Assembly: GCA_963738405.1 (NCBI GenBank)
Contig: CAVTWJ010000014.1
Coordinates: 128,001-192,000, forward strand
Direction: 5' to 3'
Origin: a candidate division FCPU426 bacterium
GTDB lineage: Bacteria > Oederibacteriota > Muellerivitia > Muellerivitales > Muellerivitaceae
Length of the DNA stretch: 64,000 nucleotides
Of this stretch, positions 39,231-49,680 are shown one piece after another; position 1 is the first letter of the stretch; each line of letters starts with the position of its first letter. Under the pieces are notes generated by a model. That model was not told the origin of the DNA, did not search any database, and worked only from the letters and a program-made list of their open reading frames with translations. The translations under genes and the position numbers were made by a program.

Positions 39231-40565
39231 ATGAAACGGTGCGTGGCAGGCTTATCCCTCATTCTATTATTGGCCCTTCCCTGGGCTGCGCTGTCTCAGC
39301 AAGTGGACCGCAACCATGATACAAATAAAGAAAAAGGCGGTCCCACACCCCAGATTCAGCCCGATCAAAAAACCAATCCCAAACCCCAGCCCGTTTCACG
39401 GCCCCTTCCCCCATCCCGCCCCGTCGTAGAATCCCATTTTTCCGTTCCCCGCACGGTAAGGCCCTCAACCCCTATCGACCAATGGAATGAAACCCGGGCG
39501 GTTGAGATCAACGTCAGCCAACCCAGCGGAACCTGGAACGGCTATGAGAACCCGCCCCAGGTGCAGGCCGAATTCATGCCCCGGGACATGGCCCCAGGCG
39601 AAGATAACAGCCTACAGGTCAGCCCCGCTCCACCGGCCGAATCCGTCCCCAATGTCAGAAGCAACGCCCCGCATCAGCATCACCCCTATCAACCCGGGTA
39701 CGTCCGCAAGAAACTGCAAAAGCTCGGGGTGGCCAAGATTCCCTACCCGCTCTCGGACCGTTCCCAATTGCTGGACGATGACAGGTCCCATTCCATCATC
39801 CGCGTGCCCCGCAAGGGATCCAACCACCAAGTCTTGACGGCCAAGGCCCTTTCTCCCCGAAATTTCAACGATGGGTTGGTGCGGGGCCCCATGTCCCTGA
39901 TCGATCAGGACAGCTGGCGCCAAACCATCAACCAACTCAATCTTTCCGAAACCAAGCCAAACCATTACTACTGGCACACCACAAAAAGCTTCAATTACTG
40001 CCATTACCTGGACGCCTCCGGAAACCAGTGGTACGGCTGGTATGCGGGCGACAGTTATTTTTGGACGCGCTGTTATGGGGACCTTTGGTGGTGGTACGAC
40101 CCGGATTTTAACCGCTGGTGCTTCTGGAGCGAGGGTTGGTGGTGGTGGCAGGACCCCTACCATGTGGGAGATTTGTACTTCTATAACGGAGATCAATACA
40201 TTCCCTGCAATTCAGCCAACGACAAGGTGGAAGTAACCACCATCATGACCCCGAATCCGGTTATCACGGTCAGTCCCGACGGCACCCGGCAGGTAAAGGT
40301 TGTGGGCGAAGGACAGGATGCCTTTTTATACGACGCGACCGTTCCTCCCGCCTTCACCCCTATCTACTTGGCTTCGAAAGTGCAAAAAGTTGAATTTGTT
40401 GATCCCGGCGACGGCGGGCCGGATGAAATTAACGTGACCCTTTCCGATGGAACGGTGAATTATTTCGATCTTCAGGGGAGTCCGCAGGAAACTACGGCAA
40501 TGAGCGAAGGAACCTCACCGCCCCCGAATACGGGGGCAGGAGATATACCGTCAGCGAATCCTTAA
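39231..40565 (+). CDS. hypothetical secreted protein with Pro-rich N-terminus and Trp/Tyr-rich domain
   Basis: Signal peptide MKRCVAG..; segment WYGWY..YFW..WWWY..RWCFW..WWWWQ. Confidence 0.7.
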   Translation: MKRCVAGLSLILLLALPWAALSQQVDRNHDTNKEKGGPTPQIQPDQKTNPKPQPVSRPLPPSRPVVESHFSVPRTVRPSTPIDQWNETRAVEINVSQPSGTWNGYENPPQVQAEFMPRDMAPGEDNSLQVSPAPPAESVPNVRSNAPHQHHPYQPGYVRKKLQKLGVAKIPYPLSDRSQLLDDDRSHSIIRVPRKGSNHQVLTAKALSPRNFNDGLVRGPMSLIDQDSWRQTINQLNLSETKPNHYYWHTTKSFNYCHYLDASGNQWYGWYAGDSYFWTRCYGDLWWWYDPDFNRWCFWSEGWWWWQDPYHVGDLYFYNGDQYIPCNSANDKVEVTTIMTPNPVITVSPDGTRQVKVVGEGQDAFLYDATVPPAFTPIYLASKVQKVEFVDPGDGGPDEINVTLSDGTVNYFDLQGSPQETTAMSEGTSPPPNTGAGDIPSANP

Positions 40566-40674
40566 TCGTTGAAAAAGACGTAATAAACTGCCAACTCTAT
40601 CAGCACAAAGACAATCGAAGCCGGAAGCAAAGCCGAACTGATCCATTCCCCAATACGGTAAAGCGTCATCTTTC

Positions 40675-41262
40675 TTATTTAATGGAATCCAAAGCCAAAT
40701 TCAACATCACCACATTAACTCCAGGGTCGCCGATGAAGCCCAGCCAGCGTCCTTGGGTCTTTTGGGCCACCAGGTCCCGAACCTTTTGGGGGGCCAAGCC
40801 CCGGGCTTTGGCCACCCGGGCCACTTGGTAATCCGCCGCCGCGGGACTGATATGCGGGTCCAATCCCGAACCCGAGGCCGTCACTAGGTCCATCGGTACG
40901 GGAGCGTCCGCCATGTCCGGGTCGGCCTTGCGCAGGGCGTCCACCCGCCCCTTGACCGAATTGATGAAATCCGGATTGGTGGGTCCCAGGTTGGACCCGC
41001 TAGAACTGGCGGCGTTATAGCCAAAAGGTCCGGTAGCCGATGGCCTGCTCCAAAAATACTTAGGATCGTCGAAGGGCTGGCCGATCAGTTCCGAGCCCAC
41101 GGTCTTTCCGTTTACGACCATCAAGCTTCCCCCCGCCTGATGGGGAAACAGAGTTTGGCCGATCAGGGTCACCATTCCCGGATAAATAAACCCGCAGAAC
41201 ACCGTGAAAACCAGCAAGAACATGAATGAAAGTCTTAGTTGAGTTCCGAATTGCTTAAGCAT
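40675..41262 (-). CDS. kdpC: K+-transporting ATPase subunit C
   Basis: [34 protein letters not shown]. Confidence 0.97.
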   Translation of the reverse strand: MLKQFGTQLRLSFMFLLVFTVFCGFIYPGMVTLIGQTLFPHQAGGSLMVVNGKTVGSELIGQPFDDPKYFWSRPSATGPFGYNAASSSGSNLGPTNPDFINSVKGRVDALRKADPDMADAPVPMDLVTASGSGLDPHISPAAADYQVARVAKARGLAPQKVRDLVAQKTQGRWLGFIGDPGVNVVMLNLALDSIK

Positions 41263-41315
41263 ATAACCCTCCGAAATCTAGCCAGAAGCAAACTGCCTCT
41301 GGCTGATAAATGAAT

Positions 41316-43529
41316 TTAAACCAAGCCCAGCGTTACCAAAATCATGTCGATCAACTTGATTCCCACAAATGGAACTATGAGCCCTCCCACGCCATAAACC
41401 AAAAAATTATCCTGAAGGAGTTTGGAAGCCGAAGCGGGCCTATATTTGACGCCCTTCAGGGCCAGGGGCACCAAAAAGACGATGATGACGGCGTTAAAGA
41501 TCACCGCCGATAAAATCGCGCTTTGGGGCGTGGCCAGCCGCATAATATTCAAGGCGTTCAGCTCCGGATAGGTCAGGGCGAAGGCCGCGGGGATGATGGC
41601 GAAATATTTCGCAACGTCGTTGGCGATGGAAAAAGTGGTCAATGAACCCCGAGTCATCAAGAGCTGTTTTCCGATCTTGACCACCTCGATCAGCTTGGTG
41701 GGGTTGGAATCCAGGTCCACCATGTTGCCCGCTTCCTTGGCGGCCTGGGTGCCGGTATTCATGGCCACCGCCACGTCCGCCTGGGCTAGGGCCGGAGCGT
41801 CGTTGGTGCCGTCTCCCGCCATGGCTACCAGCCTGCCACCCGCCTGCGATTCGCGGATCAGCTTAAGCTTGGCTTCCGGCGTGGCCTGAGCCAAAAAGTC
41901 ATCCACGCCCGCTTCCGCCGCGATGGCCGCCGCCGTCAGGGGGTTGTCTCCCGTGATCATGACCGTCTTGATGCCCATACGGCGAAGCTCGGCAAATCTT
42001 TCCTGGATGCCGCCCTTCACGATGTCCTTGAGGTGGATGACCCCCAAGACCCTCTTCCCATCGGCTACCACCAGGGGAGTCCCGCCCAACCGGGCGATGG
42101 AATCCACGCCCTTGCGGACATCTTCGGGGTACTTGCCCCCCTGGTCTTTCACGTAATTTTCGATGGACTCTGCCGCGCCCTTGCGAACCGCGCGCTTGCC
42201 GATATCCACGCCGCTCATGCGGGTCTGGGCCGTAAAGGGCACGAAGGTGGCGTGCAAGTCCTTAATTTCCTGCCCCCGCAAGCCGTACTTTTCTTTGGCC
42301 AAAACCACGATACTGCGGCCCTCAGGCGTCTCATCGGCCAAGGAGGAGAGTTGTGCCGCCTCAGCCAGTTCTTTGATATCCACGTCGGAGGCGGGGATAA
42401 GTTCGGTGGCCTGCCGGTTGCCTAAAGTGATGGTTCCCGTCTTGTCGAGAAGAAGCATATCCACGTCACCAGCGGCCTCCACCGCCCGGCCCGACATGGC
42501 GATCACATTGGCCTGGATCATCCGGTCCATGCCCGCAATGCCGATGGCGGACAGAAGCCCGCCGATGGTGGTCGGCGCCAGACACACGAAGAGGGCCACC
42601 AAGACCGTCACAGTAACCACCTTCCCAGCCCCCGAAACCGCTACGCTGTAGATGGAATAGGGAAGCAATGTGGCGCAAACGATAAGAAATACGATGGTCA
42701 GGGCTGCCAACAATATATTGAGGGCAATCTCATTGGGCGTCTTTTGGCGCTTGGCGCCTTCCACCATGGAAATCATGCGGTCCAAAAAGGATTCCCCTGG
42801 ATTGGAAGACACCTTCACAATCAGCCAGTCAGAAATAACCCGGGTTCCCCCGGTCACCGCGCTGCGGTCGCCGCCCGATTCACGCACCACGGGGGCGGAT
42901 TCGCCTGTAATGGCGCTTTCATCTACCATCGCGATCCCCACCACGGCCTCCCCATCGGCGGGAACGAAATCACCCGCTTCCACCAGCACCAGGTCACCCT
43001 TGCGCAGGTCGCCGGACAAAATTTCGGTTTGTTTGGAATCCTTATCGGCCTTGGATAGTTTCTTGGCTTTCACTTCCTGCCTGCTTTTGCGCAGGGTGTC
43101 GGCCTGAGCCTTGCCCCGTCCTTCCGCCATGGCCTCGGCGAAATTGGCAAAAACCACGGTGAACCAAAGCCAGATCGCCACGGCGAAAATGAATCCTGGC
43201 GCCGATTCCCCCTTGCCACTCAGGGCCTGGAGCCAAAGCCCGGTCGTGAGGATGCTTCCCACGTAAACCGTGAACATGACCGGATTTTTGATCATGTGGG
43301 CAGGCGCCAACTTTTTGAAAGATTCCATGATTGCCCTGCGGGTAATCTCGGGATCGAATAATTTATGGGCCTTCGTATGTTCCGTCATTTTTTGTTCTCC
43401 TTTTTTCGGACTGTCAATAACTTGCGGGACCGTCTGGGTCGCCTTGATTTTGTTCTTCTTTGTGGGTTTCGATCTGGCCCTGGATTTGCGCAAGGCCGTT
43501 TTTCTCTTAGGTTTGCTTTTCGCTTTCAT
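41316..43529 (-). CDS. kdpB: K+-transporting ATPase subunit B (alternative start 43388)
   Basis: [22 protein letters not shown]. Confidence 0.97.
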   Translation of the reverse strand: MKAKSKPKRKTALRKSRARSKPTKKNKIKATQTVPQVIDSPKKGEQKMTEHTKAHKLFDPEITRRAIMESFKKLAPAHMIKNPVMFTVYVGSILTTGLWLQALSGKGESAPGFIFAVAIWLWFTVVFANFAEAMAEGRGKAQADTLRKSRQEVKAKKLSKADKDSKQTEILSGDLRKGDLVLVEAGDFVPADGEAVVGIAMVDESAITGESAPVVRESGGDRSAVTGGTRVISDWLIVKVSSNPGESFLDRMISMVEGAKRQKTPNEIALNILLAALTIVFLIVCATLLPYSIYSVAVSGAGKVVTVTVLVALFVCLAPTTIGGLLSAIGIAGMDRMIQANVIAMSGRAVEAAGDVDMLLLDKTGTITLGNRQATELIPASDVDIKELAEAAQLSSLADETPEGRSIVVLAKEKYGLRGQEIKDLHATFVPFTAQTRMSGVDIGKRAVRKGAAESIENYVKDQGGKYPEDVRKGVDSIARLGGTPLVVADGKRVLGVIHLKDIVKGGIQERFAELRRMGIKTVMITGDNPLTAAAIAAEAGVDDFLAQATPEAKLKLIRESQAGGRLVAMAGDGTNDAPALAQADVAVAMNTGTQAAKEAGNMVDLDSNPTKLIEVVKIGKQLLMTRGSLTTFSIANDVAKYFAIIPAAFALTYPELNALNIMRLATPQSAILSAVIFNAVIIVFLVPLALKGVKYRPASASKLLQDNFLVYGVGGLIVPFVGIKLIDMILVTLGLV

Positions 43530-45323
43530 TTACATCGCCATCATTTTCAGCTGTTCCACAATCGGGCCCAGGGCCATGGCCGGAAAAAAGACCAGCGCGC
43601 CCACGATCAATACGGTGGAAATCAGCATGACAATGAAAAGAAAGGTATGCGTCGGAAGGGTTCCCGCGCTTTCCGGCACGATCTTCTTTTTGGCTAAGCT
43701 TCCGGCGATGGCCAAAACGGGTATCTTGATCCAAAAACGGCCGAACCAGATAGCCACCGCTCCCAACAGGTCATAAAAGGTATTGCCCGAAAGTCCGGCG
43801 AAGGCGCTTCCGTTGTTGTTCGACATAGAGGCGAAAGCATAAAGAATCTCAGAAAAGCCATGGGCTCCGGGGTTGTTGGTTCCAGGCCCGCCGATCGCCA
43901 CGGCGATGGCCGTACAGATCAGGACCAAAAGGGCGGGGATCAGGATGGCGATGGAAGCCATCTTGGTCTCGAAAGTTTGCAGCTTCTTGCCCAGGTACTC
44001 GGGCGTGCGGCCCACCATAAGCCCCGACACGAAGACCGCCACGATGACGAAAGCCAGCATGCCGTAAAGCCCGCAGCCCACCCCTCCGAAAATGACTTCC
44101 CCTAATTCGATGAGCCACAAGGGCACCAGCCCCCCCATGGGCGTGTAGGAATCGTGCATGGAATTGACGGAACCGTTGGACGTGGCCGTGCAGGAGGAGG
44201 CCCAAAGGGCCGAATTGACGATACCAAACCGCACTTCCTTTCCTTCCATATTCCCGTCGTGCAAGCTCTCGCCGTGGGCGCCTGCCGTGAGCCTATTGAG
44301 AAGGGGATTGCCAGCCTGCTCGGAGGCAAAACAGAGATAAAACATGGGGGCAAAGATAAGGAACATCGCTAATATCAGCGACCACCCCTGCCGCCGATCC
44401 TTAACCATGACCCCGAAGGTGTAAAACTGGGCTATGGGAACAAGAAGGATGGCCAAAAGCTCCAGGAAATCGGTCAGGGGCGTGGGATTCTCATAGGGGT
44501 GAGCCGAGTTGACGTTCATGAACCCTCCGCCATTGGTGAAGGCTTCTTTTACCGATTCCTGCGATGCCATGGGTCCCAGGGCTATCGATTGTTCGGTCAC
44601 CGTCACGTGTGTCATCTCGGGCTTGCCGTCCTTGCCCGTGACAGGCGCGCCCGCGGATGTGGTCACCGGTTGGTCGTAGCCTGTAGCTTGAACCAGGGAT
44701 GCTGTGGGAAAGGCGCTGAAGGTTTGAGGCGTACCCTGCTGGATCAAAACCAGGGCGAAAACGAAGCTGATAGGAAACACGATATAGAGTGTGCCCCGGG
44801 TCAAATCGACCCAAAAATTGCCCAGCAGGGTGGTTTCCCGGCGGGCGATACCCCGGATGAGTGCGATCATGACCGCCAGCCCGGAGGCCGCGCACACGAA
44901 ATTCTGGACCGCCAGGCCCGCCATCTGGGTCAGGTTGCTCATGGTGGTCTCGCCGCCGTAGAACTGCCAGTTGGTGTTGGTGATGAAGCTGATGGCGGTG
45001 TTCAAGGACAGGTCGGGCGGAACGGCGCTTTGGCCCGCGGGGTTCAGAGGCAGGTATTGCTGAACCCGCATGAGGGTATAGAGAACCACCCCTCCCATAA
45101 TATTAAAGAAGAGCATGGCCAGCGCGTAGCCCTTCCAATCCATCTCCTTTTTGGGGTCCATCCCGCAGATTCGGTAGATCATCCTTTCCAGCCAACCCAG
45201 CCATTTTTCCATAAAGAAGGGCCCGTCCCCGTAAACCTTGGCCATATAAAGCCCAGCGGGTTTTACGAGAACTAAAAGCACCGTAAAGAAAAATATGATT
45301 TGCACCCATTGATTCGTCATCAT
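43530..45323 (-). CDS. kdpA: K+-transporting ATPase subunit A
   Basis: TNTNWQ, TNGGG, SNGSVNSMHDS, GRTPEYLGKK, NNGSAFAG. Confidence 0.97.
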   Translation of the reverse strand: MMTNQWVQIIFFFTVLLVLVKPAGLYMAKVYGDGPFFMEKWLGWLERMIYRICGMDPKKEMDWKGYALAMLFFNIMGGVVLYTLMRVQQYLPLNPAGQSAVPPDLSLNTAISFITNTNWQFYGGETTMSNLTQMAGLAVQNFVCAASGLAVMIALIRGIARRETTLLGNFWVDLTRGTLYIVFPISFVFALVLIQQGTPQTFSAFPTASLVQATGYDQPVTTSAGAPVTGKDGKPEMTHVTVTEQSIALGPMASQESVKEAFTNGGGFMNVNSAHPYENPTPLTDFLELLAILLVPIAQFYTFGVMVKDRRQGWSLILAMFLIFAPMFYLCFASEQAGNPLLNRLTAGAHGESLHDGNMEGKEVRFGIVNSALWASSCTATSNGSVNSMHDSYTPMGGLVPLWLIELGEVIFGGVGCGLYGMLAFVIVAVFVSGLMVGRTPEYLGKKLQTFETKMASIAILIPALLVLICTAIAVAIGGPGTNNPGAHGFSEILYAFASMSNNNGSAFAGLSGNTFYDLLGAVAIWFGRFWIKIPVLAIAGSLAKKKIVPESAGTLPTHTFLFIVMLISTVLIVGALVFFPAMALGPIVEQLKMMAM

Positions 45324-45357
45324 TTTATTTTCTCCATTTTCAAAAAGTTAAATTCTC

Positions 45358-45447
45358 TTAGAACCATTCCGGTTTCATCATGGCTATCACCAAATAGACT
45401 AAAAGCCCCGCCGAAACGATTCCGCTCACGATGTAAACCGCGCTCAT
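45358..45447 (-). CDS. kdpF: K+-transporting ATPase subunit F
   Basis: 29 aa MSAVYIVSGIVSAGLLVYLVIAMMKPEWF with typical YL..A...PE.F end; GGAGG SD. Confidence 0.9.
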   Translation of the reverse strand: MSAVYIVSGIVSAGLLVYLVIAMMKPEWF

Positions 45448-45542
45448 GATTCGCCTCCCATCATTTTGTCCAGGGCGTAAATGAGCCAAATGGACGACCC
45501 CGACAAAGCGATAAAAATTCCAACACAATAAAGTTCGAGCAT
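45444..45542 (-). CDS. 32-aa hydrophobic peptide upstream of kdpF
   Basis: MLELYCVGIFIALSGSSIWLIYALDKMMGGES; AAGGAG SD; ATGA overlap with kdpF. Confidence 0.7.
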   Translation of the reverse strand: MLELYCVGIFIALSGSSIWLIYALDKMMGGES

Positions 45543-45912
45543 TTTTTTCTCCTTAACATTTCAGAAATGGCTTTTTAAACTTTCTCCCCTTGCGTGAAAA
45601 CCGTAAGGGTTTTCGCCTCCTTCCGCATCTCTCTTTTGCGGGTCCAATGGGCGAAATAACCCATGCCCAGCACCAAGGCCCCCCAAAGGAGTGGGCTCAT
45701 TAAAAACAAGACCCTTTCCACGGAACACCTCCACAATGAAAACAAGCCTCAACAACTCATCTGCTGTCGAAGAAACAATACGGCGAAAGGGGATATGGAT
45801 GCTGTTAAGAGGGATGAAGTAATAATTAGGGAAAAATAAATATGGCTGTTTTATGGAGCCTTTTCCTGTCCGCTTCCCCGCCAGAAGCGTAAAATCATCT
45901 TGAACATGAAAG

Positions 45913-48639
45913 GTGGTTCTTGTGCCGATCGAAGTTTTTCCCCATGACGATAAAAGACCCGATCCGGACCAGCTTTTAAAACAGGTCCAGGCAGAGGAAA
46001 AGGCCCAAAAAAGAGGGAAACTTAAGATTTTCTTCGGAGCCGCCCCCGGGGTCGGAAAAACCTACGCCATGCTGGAAGCCGCCCGCGCCAAGAAGGCGGA
46101 GGGACTGGATGTGGTGGTTGGAGTGGTGGAAACCCATGGCCGCTCGGCCACCGCTTCCCTGGCGGAGGGTTTGGAAATCCTGCCCTCCACGGAAGTGGAC
46201 TACAAGGGAACCCGTTTGAAGGAAATGGATATCGACGGGGCCTTGAAGCGGCGCCCCGGCCTCTTATTAGTAGATGAACTGGCCCACACCAACGCCCCGG
46301 GTTCCCGCCACCCCAAACGCTGGCAGGACGTGGAAGAACTCTTGGATAGCGGAGTCAATGTCTATTCCACCCTGAACGTCCAGCACCTGGAAAGCCTTAA
46401 CGACATCGTGGCCCAAATCACCGGCGTCATCGTCAAGGAAACCCTTCCGGACAAGGTCTTGCAGACCGCCGACGAGGTGGAATTGATCGACCTTCCATCG
46501 GACGACCTGTTGAAGCGCCTGATGGAAGGGAAGGTGTACCGGCCCGAACAAGCTCAAAAGGCGGGCAACAATTTTTTCCGCAAAGGAAACCTGACGGCGC
46601 TCCGGGAAATTGCCCTGCGTACCACCGCCGACCGGGTCAACGACCAGGTGCTGGTTTACCGCAAGGACAAGGCCATCACCCAGACCTGGGCCACGGTGGA
46701 GCGCATCCTGGTTTGCGCGGGGCCCAGCCCCTCCTCTGCCAGCTTGGTAAGGGCCGCCCACCGCATGGCCAAATCCCTCAGGGCCGGGTGGATCGCCCTT
46801 TATGTTGAAACTCCGGCCCTAGCCCGACAGGGTGAAGATGTCAGGGGAAAAGCCGTTCAAAACCTGCGCCTAGCCGAGCAGTTGGGGGCGGATACTGCCA
46901 TTGTCAGCGCACCCTCTTTCGCCGAGGAGGTCATCGATTACGCTCGACACCGCAACGTGACTAAGATTTTCGTGGGAAAACCCCCAAAGCACGACTGGCG
47001 TTCCCTCTTTCGGCCATCGCCTGTTGACCAACTGATCCGCATGAGCGGCGACATTGATGTTTACGCCACAAGGGGCGAATCGGCCGATCCCCGGGAAAAA
47101 AAGACAACCGCACCCCGCCTTGCCAAAGAACTCTTCAATATAAAGGGATACCTCTATGCCCTTTTAGCGGTAGCGGCGAGCACCGGCCTCGCCTGGTTTC
47201 TCTATCCCAGCGTGGACCTAGCCAACCTGATCATGGTCTATCTTTTAGGCACCCTAGCCGTTTCGTCGAAACAAGGTTTCGGTCCTTCCACCACGGCTTC
47301 TTTTTTAAGCGTCATCGCCTTCGATTTCTTCTTCGTGCCCCCCCGTTTCTCCTTCGCCGTTTCCGACACCCAGTACATCTTCATGTTCCTGGTAATGCTG
47401 TTGGTGGGCCTTTCCATCAGCAATCTGACGGTAAGGGTGCGCCGCCAGGCACAGGTTTCCCGATTGAGAGAGCGCCGCACAGCGGCCCTCTATGCCCTCT
47501 CGCGCGAACTGGCCTCCACGCGCGGCACGGCCGAACTATTGGAAATCGCGGTCAAGCACATCTCGGAAGTTTTTGAGAGTTCGGTCATTGCCTTTCTTCC
47601 TAATTCGGAAGGGAGGTTAAAAATCCAATGCGGCGACCAGGAGGCCTTTAATCTGTCCCCTAAAGAGATGGGCGTGGCCCATTGGGCCTATGACTTAGGA
47701 CAAATGGCCGGACGGGGAACGGATACCCTGCCCTCGACCGAAGCCCTTTACGTCCCCCTCCTGGCCTCGGGAGCGCCTGTGGGGGCCCTGGGCGTGAAAC
47801 CAAAGGACGCCGAGCGTCTTTTCATCCCTGAGCAATTGCATCTTTTGGAAGCCTTCGCCCACCAGACCGCCCTGGCCGTGGCGGGGGACAAACTCGAGGA
47901 AAAACAACGGGAAACCCAAATGCAGATGGAAGCCGAAAAACTGCGCAGTTCCCTTTTAAGCTCCGTTTCCCACGACCTTCGAACCCCTCTGGCGGCCATT
48001 ACCGGCTCCATCTCGAGCCTATTGGTCAACGGCAAAAAACTGGATGAAACCACCCGCTATGACCTGTTACTCAACGTTCATGATGAGGCCGAACGTTTGG
48101 AAAGGCTGGTGACCAACCTTTTGGAAATGACCAAGCTGGAGGCCAAGGCGGTTCGTCCCAAACTGGAAGCCCAGCATCCCGGGGAAGTGATCGGTTCAGC
48201 CCTAATGCGGGTTGAAAAAAAGCTGGAAGGCCGGCAAATCACGACTCATCTGGCCCCCGACCTTCCGTTGGTGCCCATGGATGCCCTCTTGATCGAGCAG
48301 GTTTTGGTGAACCTTCTGGAAAACGCCGTAAAATATGCTCCCCCTGACAGCCCCATTGAATTATCGGCGCAGGTTGAGAAAAACCATTTAACGGTGGAGG
48401 TAGCGGACCATGGTCCGGGCCTGCCGGAAGAAGATCTGGAAAAGGTATTCGAGAAATTTTACCGGGGACCCCAAAAGGAGAAAAAAGGCGGAGCGGGACT
48501 TGGTCTTGCCATCTGCAAGGGCATCGTTGAAATTCACGGGGGGATCATCGAGGCGAAAAACCGCCCGGGTGGGGGGGCTCAGTTTAAATTCACCATTCCC
48601 CTGGCGCCTCCGGCGCCAGAACCAGCCAATGGAGCGTGA
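45913..48639 (+). CDS. kdpD: osmosensitive K+ sensor histidine kinase
   Basis: GAAPGVGKT, VDELAHTN, USP-like, 4 TM, GAF, SHDLRTPL, GAGLGL. Confidence 0.97.
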   Translation: MVLVPIEVFPHDDKRPDPDQLLKQVQAEEKAQKRGKLKIFFGAAPGVGKTYAMLEAARAKKAEGLDVVVGVVETHGRSATASLAEGLEILPSTEVDYKGTRLKEMDIDGALKRRPGLLLVDELAHTNAPGSRHPKRWQDVEELLDSGVNVYSTLNVQHLESLNDIVAQITGVIVKETLPDKVLQTADEVELIDLPSDDLLKRLMEGKVYRPEQAQKAGNNFFRKGNLTALREIALRTTADRVNDQVLVYRKDKAITQTWATVERILVCAGPSPSSASLVRAAHRMAKSLRAGWIALYVETPALARQGEDVRGKAVQNLRLAEQLGADTAIVSAPSFAEEVIDYARHRNVTKIFVGKPPKHDWRSLFRPSPVDQLIRMSGDIDVYATRGESADPREKKTTAPRLAKELFNIKGYLYALLAVAASTGLAWFLYPSVDLANLIMVYLLGTLAVSSKQGFGPSTTASFLSVIAFDFFFVPPRFSFAVSDTQYIFMFLVMLLVGLSISNLTVRVRRQAQVSRLRERRTAALYALSRELASTRGTAELLEIAVKHISEVFESSVIAFLPNSEGRLKIQCGDQEAFNLSPKEMGVAHWAYDLGQMAGRGTDTLPSTEALYVPLLASGAPVGALGVKPKDAERLFIPEQLHLLEAFAHQTALAVAGDKLEEKQRETQMQMEAEKLRSSLLSSVSHDLRTPLAAITGSISSLLVNGKKLDETTRYDLLLNVHDEAERLERLVTNLLEMTKLEAKAVRPKLEAQHPGEVIGSALMRVEKKLEGRQITTHLAPDLPLVPMDALLIEQVLVNLLENAVKYAPPDSPIELSAQVEKNHLTVEVADHGPGLPEEDLEKVFEKFYRGPQKEKKGGAGLGLAICKGIVEIHGGIIEAKNRPGGGAQFKFTIPLAPPAPEPANGA

Positions 48640-48699
48640 AAGAAATTCAGAGGCCCGTATAGAACTGGGTTTATATTAGTTTCCTGAGGGAGGAGCCCC

Positions 48700-49395
48700 A
48701 TGGTTGATACCGGAACGATCCTATTAATAGAAGATGAATTGCCTATCCGCCGGTTCCTTAAGCCTACCTTGACCAGCCAGGGTTTTAAGGTGCTGGAAAG
48801 TGAAAAGGGAGAAGAGGGCCTGGCTTTAGCTAGTTCCCATAACCCCGACCTGGTACTTTTGGATTTAGGATTGCCCGATATGGACGGGTTGGAAGTCTTG
48901 AGGCGCCTGCGGGAATGGTCCACGGTGCCGGTCATTATCATCACCGCCCGGGGCAAGGAAAAGGACAAGATCGCCGGGCTCGATGCCGGCGCCGACGATT
49001 ACCTGACCAAACCCTTCGGCGTTGGGGAACTGATGGCCCGTTTAAGGGTGGCCTTGAGGCATTCTCAAAGGGTCAAGCAAGGCCGGGAAGAATCGGTTTT
49101 CGAGACCCCCGACTTCAAGGTGGACCTAGCCGCCCGGGTCGTGACCGTGCGGGGCAAAGAAGTGCACCTAACCCCCAACGAATACGACCTATTGGCGGTA
49201 TTAATAAGGTTCGCGGGAAAGGTGGTTACCCAAAAGCAGATTTTGAAGGAAGTTTGGGGGCCTGCCAGCGGGGACCAAATCCAGTACCTGCGCATCTACA
49301 TCTATCAACTGCGCCATAAGCTAGAAGCCGATCCCGACCGGCCGCAGTACATCCTGACCGAATCGGGTGTGGGTTACCGCCTTAAAGCGGAATAG
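48700..49395 (+). CDS. kdpE: response regulator
   Basis: LDLGLPD, GADDYLTKPF, HLTPNEY, YILTESGVGY. Confidence 0.96.
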   Translation: MVDTGTILLIEDELPIRRFLKPTLTSQGFKVLESEKGEEGLALASSHNPDLVLLDLGLPDMDGLEVLRRLREWSTVPVIIITARGKEKDKIAGLDAGADDYLTKPFGVGELMARLRVALRHSQRVKQGREESVFETPDFKVDLAARVVTVRGKEVHLTPNEYDLLAVLIRFAGKVVTQKQILKEVWGPASGDQIQYLRIYIYQLRHKLEADPDRPQYILTESGVGYRLKAE

Positions 49396-49669
49396 GTTCC
49401 TTTTCAGGCCCCAGGCCAAAGGAAGCTGCGTTCATCTTGACCTTCCGGCATCGCGCCAAGAGCCTAGCCGTTTCGTTGACTTGGTAGTTCAGGCTTTTCA
49501 CAACTTCCAATACCCTTTGGCGGGTTTCTTCGGTGATGCGTGGGTCATTGCTCATCACCATCGACACGGTCGCTTTGCAAACCTTGGCCCTTTCAGCGAC
49601 ATCCTCCATGGTCGGCTTGTTCCTGCTTAAAGATCGAATTCCAATCATCGTGGTTCCCTTTTCTTCCAT
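49382..49669 (-). CDS. LacI-family HTH-only protein
   Basis: TMEDVAERAKVCKATVSMVM..ITEETRQRV..LNYQVN..AR.L; stops shortly after the hinge helix. Confidence 0.75.
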   Translation of the reverse strand: MEEKGTTMIGIRSLSRNKPTMEDVAERAKVCKATVSMVMSNDPRITEETRQRVLEVVKSLNYQVNETARLLARCRKVKMNAASFGLGPEKEPIPL

Positions 49670-49680
49670 AGTTTCCCCCG

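Noticed and set aside
45812..45842. T-rich tract as a KdpE binding site
   Set aside because: Position is plausible, but the match to the E. coli site is too weak to call
46700..46810. c-di-AMP-binding motif in the KdpD USP domain
   Set aside because: The sequence AGPS..WIALY does not match the Staphylococcus SxS-X20-FTAxY motif; cannot be supported
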